64,000 bases of DNA from Candidatus Pelearchaeum maunauluense (GTDB lineage Archaea; Thermoproteota; Nitrososphaeria_A; Caldarchaeales; Caldarchaeaceae): positions 1 to 64,000 of the forward strand of contig JANVYQ010000007.1 in NCBI GenBank assembly GCA_030059675.1, in the 5' to 3' direction. The number at the start of each line of letters is the position of its first letter. The stretch's first letter is position 1. A program made the position numbers and the translations under genes. This document shows positions 37,136-46,527 of this stretch, in pieces. Under the pieces are notes generated by a model that was given only the letters and a program-made list of their open reading frames with translations, was not told where the DNA came from and searched no databases.

Positions 37136-38005
37136 TTAAACCTTGACCGCCTTGACGCAGCGTGTTGAGTGGTCGAGGCTTGCGCTGAAGCCTACGCTCC
37201 TAAGCCGCTCCAAAACACCTACATAAATCCGCTTACCAGAACGCACGCCAGGTTCGCCTACATAGTGTATGAGAATACCACCACGTTTCAGAAGCTCGTA
37301 TAGACGTTGATAGAACTGCCTGCTATATAGCTCGCCAGCAATCTTAATAGTGGGCGGGTCGTTTAGTATGGCGTCAAAACGCTCATCCAACTCCTCTACT
37401 ACACCCACCGCATCACCCTTGATTATCTCTATGCCTCCAGTGAAGAGCTCGCGCGACCATGGGTTGTATCTGGCCAGCTCTAAGATGTTCTCGTCTTTCT
37501 CTATCGTCTTAACACTACACGCGCCCAGCCTCTTAGCCCAGATAGCGGTGTAGCCCAACCCAGTACAAATATCCAAGACATTCCTGCACCTCAGCCGACC
37601 CATAAGCTCAACCTTTCTACGCGCATCCTCCTCGGGAAACATATCCCTTACGCGGTGCATGTGGACGCCGTCAATCTCAACGGTAGGTGCGTGGCCCCAT
37701 GAGGTCATGGCCAGCATGTAGAAATGGCCTAATGCCGAGAAGTAGAGCTTACGCGGAGGCTTCTCAACCGTGTATATTCCCCGCTCATCCTCAGAAACAG
37801 TTTCAAGAAAATCCCATTCTAGTAAAACGTCCCTAGCGTAGAGGCCCTCGCTACGTATCTCGCATATTTCGCTGGATAAGCCTAGGTCGAGGGAGAGTCT
37901 TACCTCGCCACACCTCCCACGCCTAGAGAGAGCCTCGCGGGCGACGTGAGAGGCTATCAGCCCAACCCCAGCCGACATGATTCCTAGCAATAAACGCTTA
38001 TTCAA
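37136..38005 (-). CDS. SAM-dependent methyltransferase (archaeal COG2521-like)
   Basis: PTVEIDGVHMH, LDICTGLGYTA, NPWS, DPP, GELYS. Confidence 0.85.
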   Translation of the reverse strand: MNKRLLLGIMSAGVGLIASHVAREALSRRGRCGEVRLSLDLGLSSEICEIRSEGLYARDVLLEWDFLETVSEDERGIYTVEKPPRKLYFSALGHFYMLAMTSWGHAPTVEIDGVHMHRVRDMFPEEDARRKVELMGRLRCRNVLDICTGLGYTAIWAKRLGACSVKTIEKDENILELARYNPWSRELFTGGIEIIKGDAVGVVEELDERFDAILNDPPTIKIAGELYSRQFYQRLYELLKRGGILIHYVGEPGVRSGKRIYVGVLERLRSVGFSASLDHSTRCVKAVKV

Positions 38006-38047
38006 TCATAAATTAATAGTCGCCAGCATAAAGACAGCATAACCATC

Positions 38048-38863
38048 ATGAACAAAGTCATACTCTGCTCAGAGGAAGACCCAGCATCGCTTAACATAAG
38101 GGAGCGGCTCATAGAGTCATTCGGCTTCAGAGAAGATTCTTCCACCATGTTCGGAAACCCCATATACAGGCGTGGGGACATTAGGATAATCACGGTGAAC
38201 AGGCCATCAATATATGCTGATGAGGAGGTTTCTGGTATTGATGCGGGGCTTATTGTTGTAGCTTCTAAGCATGTTTCGGAAGCTGGGGTGAAGGCGGTGT
38301 TGTCTCACCCAGTTGGCAACTGGGGTGAGAAGGCCGAGTTTGGGGGCAGGCCTAGAGCGCTGGCAGTTACGTCGGCACGCGCAGTGTTTGCGGCGGTCAG
38401 CAGGTTGAGGAGCTTACTGGAAGATGCTGGGCTTACTGGATGGGATGTGGGCATGGAAGCCACGCACCACGGGCCTTATTCTGAGAAGCCCCTGCTCTTC
38501 GTGGAGCTGGGCAGCTCCCCAGCCGAGTGGAGCGACCCGAAGATGGGCGAAATCGTTGCCGAGGCATGTTTAGCGGCATGTGCTGCTGAGAGGGTGAATG
38601 TTCCTGAGATAGCTGTTGGGTTTGGCGGTGGTCATTATACGCCGCGATTTACGCCGCTGGTGTTGCAGGAGAAGGTAGCCTTCGGCCACGTAGCGCCGAA
38701 ATACCACTTTCCGTTGTCAAGTGAAATGATACGAGAAGCATTTGAGAAGACTGTTGAGAGGCCAAAGCTAGCGTATATTGATTGGAAGGGAATAAACTCG
38801 GAACAACGGCAGAGATTGCTAGAAGAGCTGAGCGGGATTGGAGTAGAGTATGTGAGGCTTTAG
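38048..38863 (+). CDS. dtdA: D-aminoacyl-tRNA deacylase (archaeal DTD2)
   Basis: SKH, H..GN, EATHHGP, FVELGS, GFGGGHY. Confidence 0.92.
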   Translation: MNKVILCSEEDPASLNIRERLIESFGFREDSSTMFGNPIYRRGDIRIITVNRPSIYADEEVSGIDAGLIVVASKHVSEAGVKAVLSHPVGNWGEKAEFGGRPRALAVTSARAVFAAVSRLRSLLEDAGLTGWDVGMEATHHGPYSEKPLLFVELGSSPAEWSDPKMGEIVAEACLAACAAERVNVPEIAVGFGGGHYTPRFTPLVLQEKVAFGHVAPKYHFPLSSEMIREAFEKTVERPKLAYIDWKGINSEQRQRLLEELSGIGVEYVRL

Positions 38864-39172
38864 TAGATAATGCTTAATTATTAGCGGAGAATGGAAGATG
38901 AGACAGGTGATTACCGCCCTTGTCGTATCCTCCAACTCCTCCACCACCAGGCTATCCGCCATTGGATGGTTGCGGATATTATTTACTTCTCTAACCCCTG
39001 GGGTTAGCCTATCAAGGACTCCCAGCGATGCCAAGCCTATGCCAAAGCAAATGATGAAGGTCGCTATGGTTCTTACTAGTGTCCGGAATAGGTCGGTGAG
39101 GAATACCGCGGGGGCCAGCCATGTTGGAGGAGGTGGAGGAGTGACTTGCTGGGGAACAATCATTCCAACCAC
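38819..39172 (-). pseudogene. Possible DUF350-like membrane protein fragment with aberrant C-terminus
   Basis: TM then DRLTPG..E...I motif, followed by abrupt loss of hydrophobicity; overlaps dtdA end. Confidence 0.35.
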
Positions 39173-39327
39173 CTTTGCGCTTAAAGCCGATTCTTACAGC
39201 AACTAAATCAAGGTTTATTATAGTTTATAATATGAAAGCCGCCTCATCTCCTTACTTAACCTTTTATCCAAGAATACGCCTCAAGTAATGCTTTTATTTC
39301 ACTAACGCGATTAATAAAACGTACGTT

Positions 39328-39702
39328 ATGCTACTCCCAGCAGAAATCGAATCCAAGCTCACAATACCAGTAATAAGAGCTATGGTAGCTAAGAAACTAA
39401 TTCTAGAGCATAGCTATACTCAGGAAGAGGCGGCACGCGCGCTAGGGGTTACGCAGGCTGCCATAAGCAACTATATGCGCGGGGTAAGGGGTGTTGTTGT
39501 AAATTGGGAGAATGTAAAGGAGGTAAATGAGAAGATAAACGAGATAGTCGTCTTAATATTGAATAAGACTCCACAAACCGAGATAGCGAGAAAATTTAAC
39601 AAGCTGGTCGCGGAGATACGTAAGAAACGGATGCTATGCGATATTCATAAGAAAATCGAGCCTGACGTTGATATAGACTCCTGCCACGTATGTGATGAGT
39701 AA
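39328..39702 (+). CDS. HTH transcriptional regulator (COG2522-like) with C-terminal C..H...C..C
   Basis: P.E....IP.IRA, TQ.EAA..LGVTQAAISNY. Confidence 0.85.
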   Translation: MLLPAEIESKLTIPVIRAMVAKKLILEHSYTQEEAARALGVTQAAISNYMRGVRGVVVNWENVKEVNEKINEIVVLILNKTPQTEIARKFNKLVAEIRKKRMLCDIHKKIEPDVDIDSCHVCDE

Positions 39703-41154
39703 CTGAGGAAGAAAACTCTCCTCATTATATTGGTCTTCATCCTGCTACTTGTCCCTAGTACACCGAGCCTAGCACAACCCGCAGATGCCTTCTCCTACGT
39801 CATAACTGTGGATGAAGACGGTGATGCTGAGGTGAGCATAGCTATTAACGCGAAGCTTCTCCGAGGTATGGGTATTGGTGAGACTTGGTTAGCCGTTCCG
39901 CGCGGTGAGCGTATTGTCTGGTCTTTTACTGATGGAAGGCCAAGCTATGTTGTATCGCCGCTCTATGTAGCACCTGGAGAGATAAACATGTTCTACAACA
40001 ACATAACAATCTCCACATTGGGATACGATACAATCAGCTTACGCTATAGCTTTAAGATGGCTTCTTTAATTGTTGATGATAGGGCGCTCTTTCTATCGCC
40101 CTTAATAGTGATTGATAACAGGCTCTCTGGGAAGCTTGTTATTCATATTAAAAATGTGGCTAAGGTTAATGAGTATGGTGTCCAGCCGCAACAGTTTAGC
40201 AAGGCTAAGGATAGCGTTACTGTTGTTTTTAATCTTCCACTATCCTCTGGCAGGGTTTGGATTGACTATAATTTGGAGAAGCCTCTAGGATTTGATGAGA
40301 TAGTTATTGATGGTTTTAGGGGTGTTGTTCCTGAGAAATACTCTGCATACATGCGCCATATCCTAATGCTATACTCCGACCTCTCGCGTAATATGACTGA
40401 GCTATTCAAGGTTATGCCAGAGAATATTACTGTGCGCTTTTTCCTCCCGCGCACGTTCTATGAGGGGGTAGATGGCTATGTTCCCATATTACCCTCCGGG
40501 CTAGGTGATATTAACATCAACATATTCACGATAAGGATGCTTCCTGGAATAATGGAGCATGTCGCAGTTCATGAGCTTATTCACCACTATTTATGGAGCG
40601 CTGGCATAGATAATGATTTGTTATGGTTTCATGAAGGAGCGGCCAACTTCTTCTCAATATACTTCCTGAACAAGATAGGGCTAAGGGGTGTTAAGGCAGT
40701 TGAGGATAGTCTTTTGAACGTCTCTCAGAATCTTCCCTATCCTGCGGGTTTTATAGTGGGGTGGAGCCGCTCATCACCAACTCATAATCCAACACTTTAC
40801 TATGCCTCATCATACTTAGTCTTCCACACATTATACAAGAAGCATGGCCTAAATTTATTTGAGGGCTTCTTCGCATATCTAAACGAGAATAATGTTAGAA
40901 TAAGGGAGACTCAGGATGTCGTTTCTATTTTCTCCATACTTAGCGGTGGGGCTACTGATAATACCTTTAGACGACTAGGCCTGTTTGCAGATGACTCTAC
41001 CTTGGCGCGAGACTTTCGGGATTCCCAATTTCTCCTCTTTCTCGTCTTTTCTCTTGCGGTGCTTTTGATTATATCAGTATCAGCTCTTACCAAGCTTAGA
41101 CGCCCTAACGAGACCTATGTAGAGTCTGGCGATTTTCCTAGCTATGTTGGCTAG
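39703..41154 (+). CDS. Secreted, membrane-anchored zinc metallopeptidase (gluzincin, HExxH...E)
   Basis: HELIHH and WFHEG, signal peptide, C-terminal TM; start CTG 39703 or TTG 39730. Confidence 0.75.
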   Translation: MRKKTLLIILVFILLLVPSTPSLAQPADAFSYVITVDEDGDAEVSIAINAKLLRGMGIGETWLAVPRGERIVWSFTDGRPSYVVSPLYVAPGEINMFYNNITISTLGYDTISLRYSFKMASLIVDDRALFLSPLIVIDNRLSGKLVIHIKNVAKVNEYGVQPQQFSKAKDSVTVVFNLPLSSGRVWIDYNLEKPLGFDEIVIDGFRGVVPEKYSAYMRHILMLYSDLSRNMTELFKVMPENITVRFFLPRTFYEGVDGYVPILPSGLGDININIFTIRMLPGIMEHVAVHELIHHYLWSAGIDNDLLWFHEGAANFFSIYFLNKIGLRGVKAVEDSLLNVSQNLPYPAGFIVGWSRSSPTHNPTLYYASSYLVFHTLYKKHGLNLFEGFFAYLNENNVRIRETQDVVSIFSILSGGATDNTFRRLGLFADDSTLARDFRDSQFLLFLVFSLAVLLIISVSALTKLRRPNETYVESGDFPSYVG

Positions 41155-42048
41155 CTGTAGCGGGTTTTCTCCAAATATGTATGTCGCTGGCTCGTATCCT
41201 ACACCTCCCTCATGAAAGACAGCTGCAGGCAGCGTTTTCAAACGCGCGTAAGCATTAGCAACAGACCTTATAACGTCATCCTCCGAAAGCTCAGCTCTAC
41301 TGGGCTCAATAACCTGTGAATGTATATTGAGTGATTTAACTATCTCTTTCATTCCTTGGTCATTCCTCAGGTTTATAGCCGCTCTCACGCGTTTATCTAC
41401 GGCGCTTACCGCCAGCAGGACGTTTGCCATATGTTGAGAAGCTCCAAAGACTGGCTTACCTACAGCCTGGACGCGTTCCCCAACCTTGACAATCCTCCCA
41501 GGAATAGCGGCTATATCAGCGGTGGTCTGTGGGTTATCCACGCTATAAACAATATTGACTGAAACCTCTGGCATGATGTTGGAGAAGAATGGTGAGCGTT
41601 CTATGCTCTTTACAGCCTCTTCAAGCTGTCTTATGACGTCAAGCCTCTTGGCGTCAAGAGCTTCAGCGCTTATGGGTGTCATGCATATCTCGCATGAGGC
41701 GAGCTGCGGGTATAGTGTGCGGTGATATTCGCAGAGTCTGCCATCTCCTAGTAGTTTTCTCCAGAAGGCGTATAACGTGCCGTTTGAGCGCTCTGGGCTC
41801 TCTAGGAGGTCTTCCTGAAGGAGCTTGGAGAGGAGCTCTATCTCCTCGGCTGATATTCCCATCTGCTGGAGTTTCCGCTGATAGAAGGACTCGCTCCTCC
41901 TAAGTGATTGGCTCACAGCGGCCTGGGTTATTCCCAGCAACTTGGCTATGGCAAGCTGGGAGTGGCCATTCTTCCGTAGTCGGTGAATCATAACACCCCT
42001 AACATTAGGCAGGAAATCCCTCACCATCATCTCGCATGGAGGAAACAT
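41080..42048 (-). CDS. ThiR-like regulator: HTH fused to ThiN (thiamine-phosphate synthase-like) domain
   Basis: PPCE, ITQAAVSQ, MPEV.VNI, AAIPGRI, FGAS.H.A, G.G.EP. Confidence 0.85.
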   Translation of the reverse strand: MFPPCEMMVRDFLPNVRGVMIHRLRKNGHSQLAIAKLLGITQAAVSQSLRRSESFYQRKLQQMGISAEEIELLSKLLQEDLLESPERSNGTLYAFWRKLLGDGRLCEYHRTLYPQLASCEICMTPISAEALDAKRLDVIRQLEEAVKSIERSPFFSNIMPEVSVNIVYSVDNPQTTADIAAIPGRIVKVGERVQAVGKPVFGASQHMANVLLAVSAVDKRVRAAINLRNDQGMKEIVKSLNIHSQVIEPSRAELSEDDVIRSVANAYARLKTLPAAVFHEGGVGYEPATYIFGENPLQLANIARKIARLYIGLVRASKLGKS

Positions 42049-42119
42049 TCTCCACGGCTAACCAAAGCGACGTGAGACTTATTATTTTCTATAGCATCCT
42101 CTCGCAGAGACGCTGAGAC

Positions 42120-43175
42120 ATGGATGGAGCTGCCGACATACACGCTATGGAGCTTCCCCGCGCTGTTATCGTGGGCGAGAGACTAGGCCCAGTCATCGCT
42201 GAGCGTGTGAGAGCTACCGCTGGCTCTAGGGCTTTGATGCTGACCAGCCCCACGCCATATAAGCTACTCGGCAAGAAGGTTGAGGAGGCAGCCGAAAAAA
42301 TATCGTTTGACGTGGTTATCCTTGACTCGTCCTCATCTGTTAATGAGTGGCTTGACTCGCTAGAGAATAATATCCGCTCAGGCTATGGTGCCATAATTGG
42401 GATAGGCGGGGGGCGGGTGTTGGATGTGGCTAAGGTTGTGGCTGAGGCCTCAAACTTACCGCTTTTTAGCATCCCGACTGTGGCTTCGCATGATGGTATA
42501 GCGAGTCCGATGACATCCATACGTAAGGAGGGCCACGCATACTCTAGAAAATCCGTTATGCCCACTGAGATAATCGCAGATATGGAGGTTATCAGGCTGG
42601 CCCCAATGCGCTACACCATAAGCGGGTGCGGAGACTTGGTGGCAAAGTATAGCGCTGTCCGCGACTGGTGGCTGGGCCATAGGGAGACTGGGGAATACTA
42701 TGGAAGATACGCCGCTCATCTGGCGTATCTAAGCTCGGTAGTGGTTATGCGCTCTGCGGAAGTCATAGGCAGGGGAGACGCTGATGGTATAAGAACAGTG
42801 GTAGAGGCGCTCATCAGCGCTGGCGTAGCCATGGGGATAGCTGGGAGCAGCAGGCCATGCAGCGGGAGCGAGCACCTAATAGCACACGCGCTAGAATATC
42901 TCCTAGATTCCCCTCCACTTCACGGAGAGAGATGCGGAATAGCTACGATATTCACCTCATACCTCCACAACGCCAACTGGCGACGCGTAAAACAAGCCCT
43001 AAAAACAATGAACGCCCCATCAACCCTGAAGGAGTTAGGTATAGATGAGGATGTCTTCACAGAAGCGGTTAAGCTCGCCCCAAACCTAAGAAAAGAAAGG
43101 TACACAATACTGCATAAGCTTAATCTGAAGGATGAGGAAATCAGGGATATTCTCAACGATGTGGGAATCAGCTAA
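42120..43175 (+). CDS. egsA: sn-glycerol-1-phosphate dehydrogenase
   Basis: GGGRVLDVAK, PT.ASHDGIAS, SRPCSGSEH, HGE. Confidence 0.93.
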   Translation: MDGAADIHAMELPRAVIVGERLGPVIAERVRATAGSRALMLTSPTPYKLLGKKVEEAAEKISFDVVILDSSSSVNEWLDSLENNIRSGYGAIIGIGGGRVLDVAKVVAEASNLPLFSIPTVASHDGIASPMTSIRKEGHAYSRKSVMPTEIIADMEVIRLAPMRYTISGCGDLVAKYSAVRDWWLGHRETGEYYGRYAAHLAYLSSVVVMRSAEVIGRGDADGIRTVVEALISAGVAMGIAGSSRPCSGSEHLIAHALEYLLDSPPLHGERCGIATIFTSYLHNANWRRVKQALKTMNAPSTLKELGIDEDVFTEAVKLAPNLRKERYTILHKLNLKDEEIRDILNDVGIS

Positions 43176-43205
43176 CAAGGTGGTGAGTGGTTTAAATTTA
43201 GCAAC

Positions 43206-44633
43206 ATGGATATGACGGGTATGAGCGATGCTGGAGAGTATAGGATTGAGCGCGATACTCTGGGTGAGATGAAAGTTCCCGCGAATGCTTACTACGCCGC
43301 CCAGACAGCCCGCGCAATACTGAACTTCCCAATCTCAGGCCTCAGGTTTCAACGCCCCTTCATAAGAGCCCTAGGCTTGATAAAGTATGCAGCCGCAAAA
43401 GCCAACAAGGAACTGGGCCTGCTAGACCCCAACAAGGCTTCTGCGATAGAAAAGGCAGCTCTTGAGGTAGCAGAGGGAAAGCTCGACGACCAATTCGTGG
43501 TTGATGTATTCCAGACAGGCTCCGGCACCTCTACGAATATGAACGCTAACGAGGTTATCGCAAATCGCGCGATAGAGATTTTGGGCGGCAAGCGGGGGGA
43601 TAAGTCGCTCATACACCCAAACGATCATGTAAATATGGGGCAGTCAACCAACGATGTCTTTCCCACGGCGATAAATGTTGCTGCAGCAGAGCTGGTGGTT
43701 AGGAAGCTCCTACCCAACCTGGAGCTGTTGGAGAAGAGGCTTGACGAGAAGGCGCGGGAATTCGCCGACATAGTCAAGTCTGGCAGAACCCACTTCCAAG
43801 ACGCTGTGCCAGTAACGCTTGGTCAGGAGTTCTCCGGCTATGCCGAGATGATTAGGAAGGGTAGGAGAAGGGTTCTCAACGCTCTTGAGAGCCTGCTGGA
43901 GCTACCTATAGGCGGTACAGCGGTGGGAACAGGGCTTAACGCGCATCCACGTTTTGCCGAGCTTGTGGTAAACCAGCTACGCGATCAGACTGGGATAGAC
44001 TTCAGGATAGCTGCAAACAGGTTTGAAGCCATGGGAACGCGCGACTGCTGTCTAGAGATGAGCGCAGCACTCAGGTCTGTTGCAGTATCAATATTCAAGA
44101 TAGCGAATGACCTCCGCATACTGAGCTCAGGCCCCAACACTGGGCTAGCCGAGATAGAGCTACCCGCCGTGCAGCCAGGCTCCTCAATAATGCCTGGGAA
44201 GGTAAACCCAGTCATACCCGAGTCAGCCCTCATGGCAGCTGCCCAGGTTATAGGTAATGACGAGGCGATTAGCGTAGCATGCAGACTGGGCGAGCTGGAG
44301 CTCAATATGGGCATGCCATTAATAGCGTATGACCTTCTCCAGTCAATAGAGATACTGGCAAACACCGCAAAGAATCTTGCAGAGAACTGTATAGGCGGGA
44401 TAAGGGCAAATCCAGACAGGTGTAGGCGCTATGGTGAGAGTAGCCCAGCCCTAGTTACAGTCGTAGCCCCCATAATAGGATACGACAAAGCCGCCAAGGT
44501 TGCGAAGAAGATGCTTGAAACAGGCAAGACAATCCGCGAGGTGCTGCTGGAGGAGGGCATAATAGACCAGAAGACAATAGACGAGGTACTAGACTTGAAG
44601 AAGATGGCAAGGGGAGGAATTTTAGCCAAGTAG
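43206..44633 (+). CDS. fumC: Class II fumarate hydratase
   Basis: QTGSGTSTNMN, GRTH, GSSIMPGKVNP. Confidence 0.93.
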   Translation: MDMTGMSDAGEYRIERDTLGEMKVPANAYYAAQTARAILNFPISGLRFQRPFIRALGLIKYAAAKANKELGLLDPNKASAIEKAALEVAEGKLDDQFVVDVFQTGSGTSTNMNANEVIANRAIEILGGKRGDKSLIHPNDHVNMGQSTNDVFPTAINVAAAELVVRKLLPNLELLEKRLDEKAREFADIVKSGRTHFQDAVPVTLGQEFSGYAEMIRKGRRRVLNALESLLELPIGGTAVGTGLNAHPRFAELVVNQLRDQTGIDFRIAANRFEAMGTRDCCLEMSAALRSVAVSIFKIANDLRILSSGPNTGLAEIELPAVQPGSSIMPGKVNPVIPESALMAAAQVIGNDEAISVACRLGELELNMGMPLIAYDLLQSIEILANTAKNLAENCIGGIRANPDRCRRYGESSPALVTVVAPIIGYDKAAKVAKKMLETGKTIREVLLEEGIIDQKTIDEVLDLKKMARGGILAK

Positions 44634-45845
44634 CGGCTCTTCTAGCCTCCCCAGCTCCAATATTTTCTCCAACTGTTCCATGGTGTGTTTCCTAATCTCA
44701 GACGCCGACGGCAGTTTTCCAACCACCTCACCATTTTTAATGAGCGGCTTTAGAAGCGGACTAACCCCCTCACCGCATCTAGGGCATTTTTCCAATTGTT
44801 TGTTGAATTGCGTTATCGTGTCATGGAAGTTTGGACAGCGGTAAACCTGCTTATGGCCTGGTAGCTTCCCCCGCTTGGCAAGCGGCTTCCCCTCGACCTC
44901 GACTATGTCTAGGGCGAAGTCTATTGAGGGTGGGAATGCTATTGATGTCCCTACCCCAAACCCGTCAGCCACGTCGCTTAGCTTCCTAACCTCCTCCTCA
45001 CCAACTCCGCCGCTGACCAACACTTTAACATCCTCACGCCCCATTAGCTTGAGCATCCACTTAACCTCCTGGATTATCTTCCTCATATCGCCGCGTCGCG
45101 AGCTTGGAGTATCAAGCCTAACACCATACAAACGCTCTCCCAGCGTATCGACAGCCAACGCGGCTTCTGTGCGCTCATCCATAAAAGTATCGCAAAGCGC
45201 TATCCGTGGCACGTCGCTGGGCATAACCTCGTCGAAAGCCCTCCACGCGCTCACCTGGTCTCCAACAACAAGTATCAAGGCATGCGGCATGGTTCCTACT
45301 GGTTTCTGCTCTATCATATCAGCGCCAACAACCCCCGAAACAGCATCGCACCCACCTATGAATGCAGCCCTATCAGCCATCGGAGTTATTGCGGGATGTA
45401 TAGTCCTGATTCCAAAGAATATTACGGGCTTGCCCCCAGCAGCAACCTTGACGCGCGCAGCGCGCGTGGCTATGCTGGTTGAGTGGCGGAGAAACCCTAG
45501 GATGGCTGATTCATAGATTCCAAACTCGGAATAAACACCGCTGATAGCGGCTACAGGCTCCATAGGCCTGAACACAGTCCCCTCATCAAGGCAATAGACG
45601 TCTACGGGCTTACCCTCAAGGAGCCAGGCAAGCTCCTCAACACCAGCTAGAACACCCCACTCCCAGCTATTCGGCAAGCTATACGTATGAGCCTCTGCCA
45701 CCACCTTCTTAGTGGATGAGTTGGTCTTTTCCAAAATCTGCTTAGCCCTAACGAAGTATATGTCGGTGACCCTTCCCTCGCGTATGCTCTCTGGTGAGGC
45801 TATGTAAATCCTGGGTCTCCGCGTCATCCCATTAACCTCATACAA
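44622..45845 (-). CDS. pncB: Nicotinate phosphoribosyltransferase
   Basis: TDIYF, FG.R, GTMPHA, VRLDTPSSRRG, GVGT. Confidence 0.92.
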   Translation of the reverse strand: MYEVNGMTRRPRIYIASPESIREGRVTDIYFVRAKQILEKTNSSTKKVVAEAHTYSLPNSWEWGVLAGVEELAWLLEGKPVDVYCLDEGTVFRPMEPVAAISGVYSEFGIYESAILGFLRHSTSIATRAARVKVAAGGKPVIFFGIRTIHPAITPMADRAAFIGGCDAVSGVVGADMIEQKPVGTMPHALILVVGDQVSAWRAFDEVMPSDVPRIALCDTFMDERTEAALAVDTLGERLYGVRLDTPSSRRGDMRKIIQEVKWMLKLMGREDVKVLVSGGVGEEEVRKLSDVADGFGVGTSIAFPPSIDFALDIVEVEGKPLAKRGKLPGHKQVYRCPNFHDTITQFNKQLEKCPRCGEGVSPLLKPLIKNGEVVGKLPSASEIRKHTMEQLEKILELGRLEEPLLG

Positions 45846-46425
45846 ATTTTATCAAGTCACTCCTGGTTATCGTTCCCCGGTAGAGGAAGGAAACCTGCCG
45901 TATAGCTGCCTTCATATCAAAGTCTGTTAGGGCTGATATTCCGTCTATCGGTAGGTATATGTTGAACCAGCGGAGTGCAGCGCTTCCAGCAGTGTGTAAG
46001 ACGCAGATATTGGCAACAGTCCCCACTATCACCAGGTTCTCCACGTCAGCAAGTCTTAGTATATGATCCAGCGGAGTCCCATAGAAAGCGTCATACCTCA
46101 GCTTCTTAACAACAGTATCGCTGGGCTCCGGCTTAAGCTCGTCAACTATCTCAGCACCCCAGGTATTAGCCAGAGCATGCTCTCCCCATATCTTGAACTC
46201 AGGATCATTAGGGCCATGCCAGTCTTGTGTATAGATTATCATCACGCCAGCCTTCCTAGCGTTGTCCAGAAGCTCTTTTATCGCAGGTATTGTTGCGGGC
46301 GCTGTGGGGACGAACAGCCTCCCGTTGGGGTGAGCGAAGTCATTCTGCATATCAACTATTATCAGAGCAGTTTTCCTACTATCAACCTCAGCAGCCTGAG
46401 GCTCTGGTAGCTCAACCTGCTCCAT
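45838..46425 (-). CDS. pncA: Isochorismatase-family cysteine hydrolase, probable nicotinamidase
   Basis: VDMQNDF, QDWH, KK.RYDAF, ANICV; directly upstream of pncB. Confidence 0.8.
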   Translation of the reverse strand: MEQVELPEPQAAEVDSRKTALIIVDMQNDFAHPNGRLFVPTAPATIPAIKELLDNARKAGVMIIYTQDWHGPNDPEFKIWGEHALANTWGAEIVDELKPEPSDTVVKKLRYDAFYGTPLDHILRLADVENLVIVGTVANICVLHTAGSAALRWFNIYLPIDGISALTDFDMKAAIRQVSFLYRGTITRSDLIKFV

Positions 46426-46527
46426 ACCAGACCAGAACAGCTACAATTCCCCTTCATATTAGCTTGGTGGAATATCAGGGGGAGAGTCTTTTAATAGGGT
46501 GCGGAGATTCTTGGCGGAGGGGGTTAA

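Noticed and set aside
24751-38863. Seemingly higher-GC block as a horizontally acquired island
   Set aside because: It contains core genes (lysS, glyA, ssb, dtdA), has no mobility genes or boundaries, and the GC shift was only judged by eye.
39692-39707. C/D box-like GTGATGA..CTGA
   Set aside because: The boxes are only 4 nt apart and lie within coding sequence, leaving no room for guides.
44875-45516. Long antisense ORFs (also 14393-14932, 31761-32276 and others)
   Set aside because: Fully nested opposite confident genes, with Ser-rich shadow composition.
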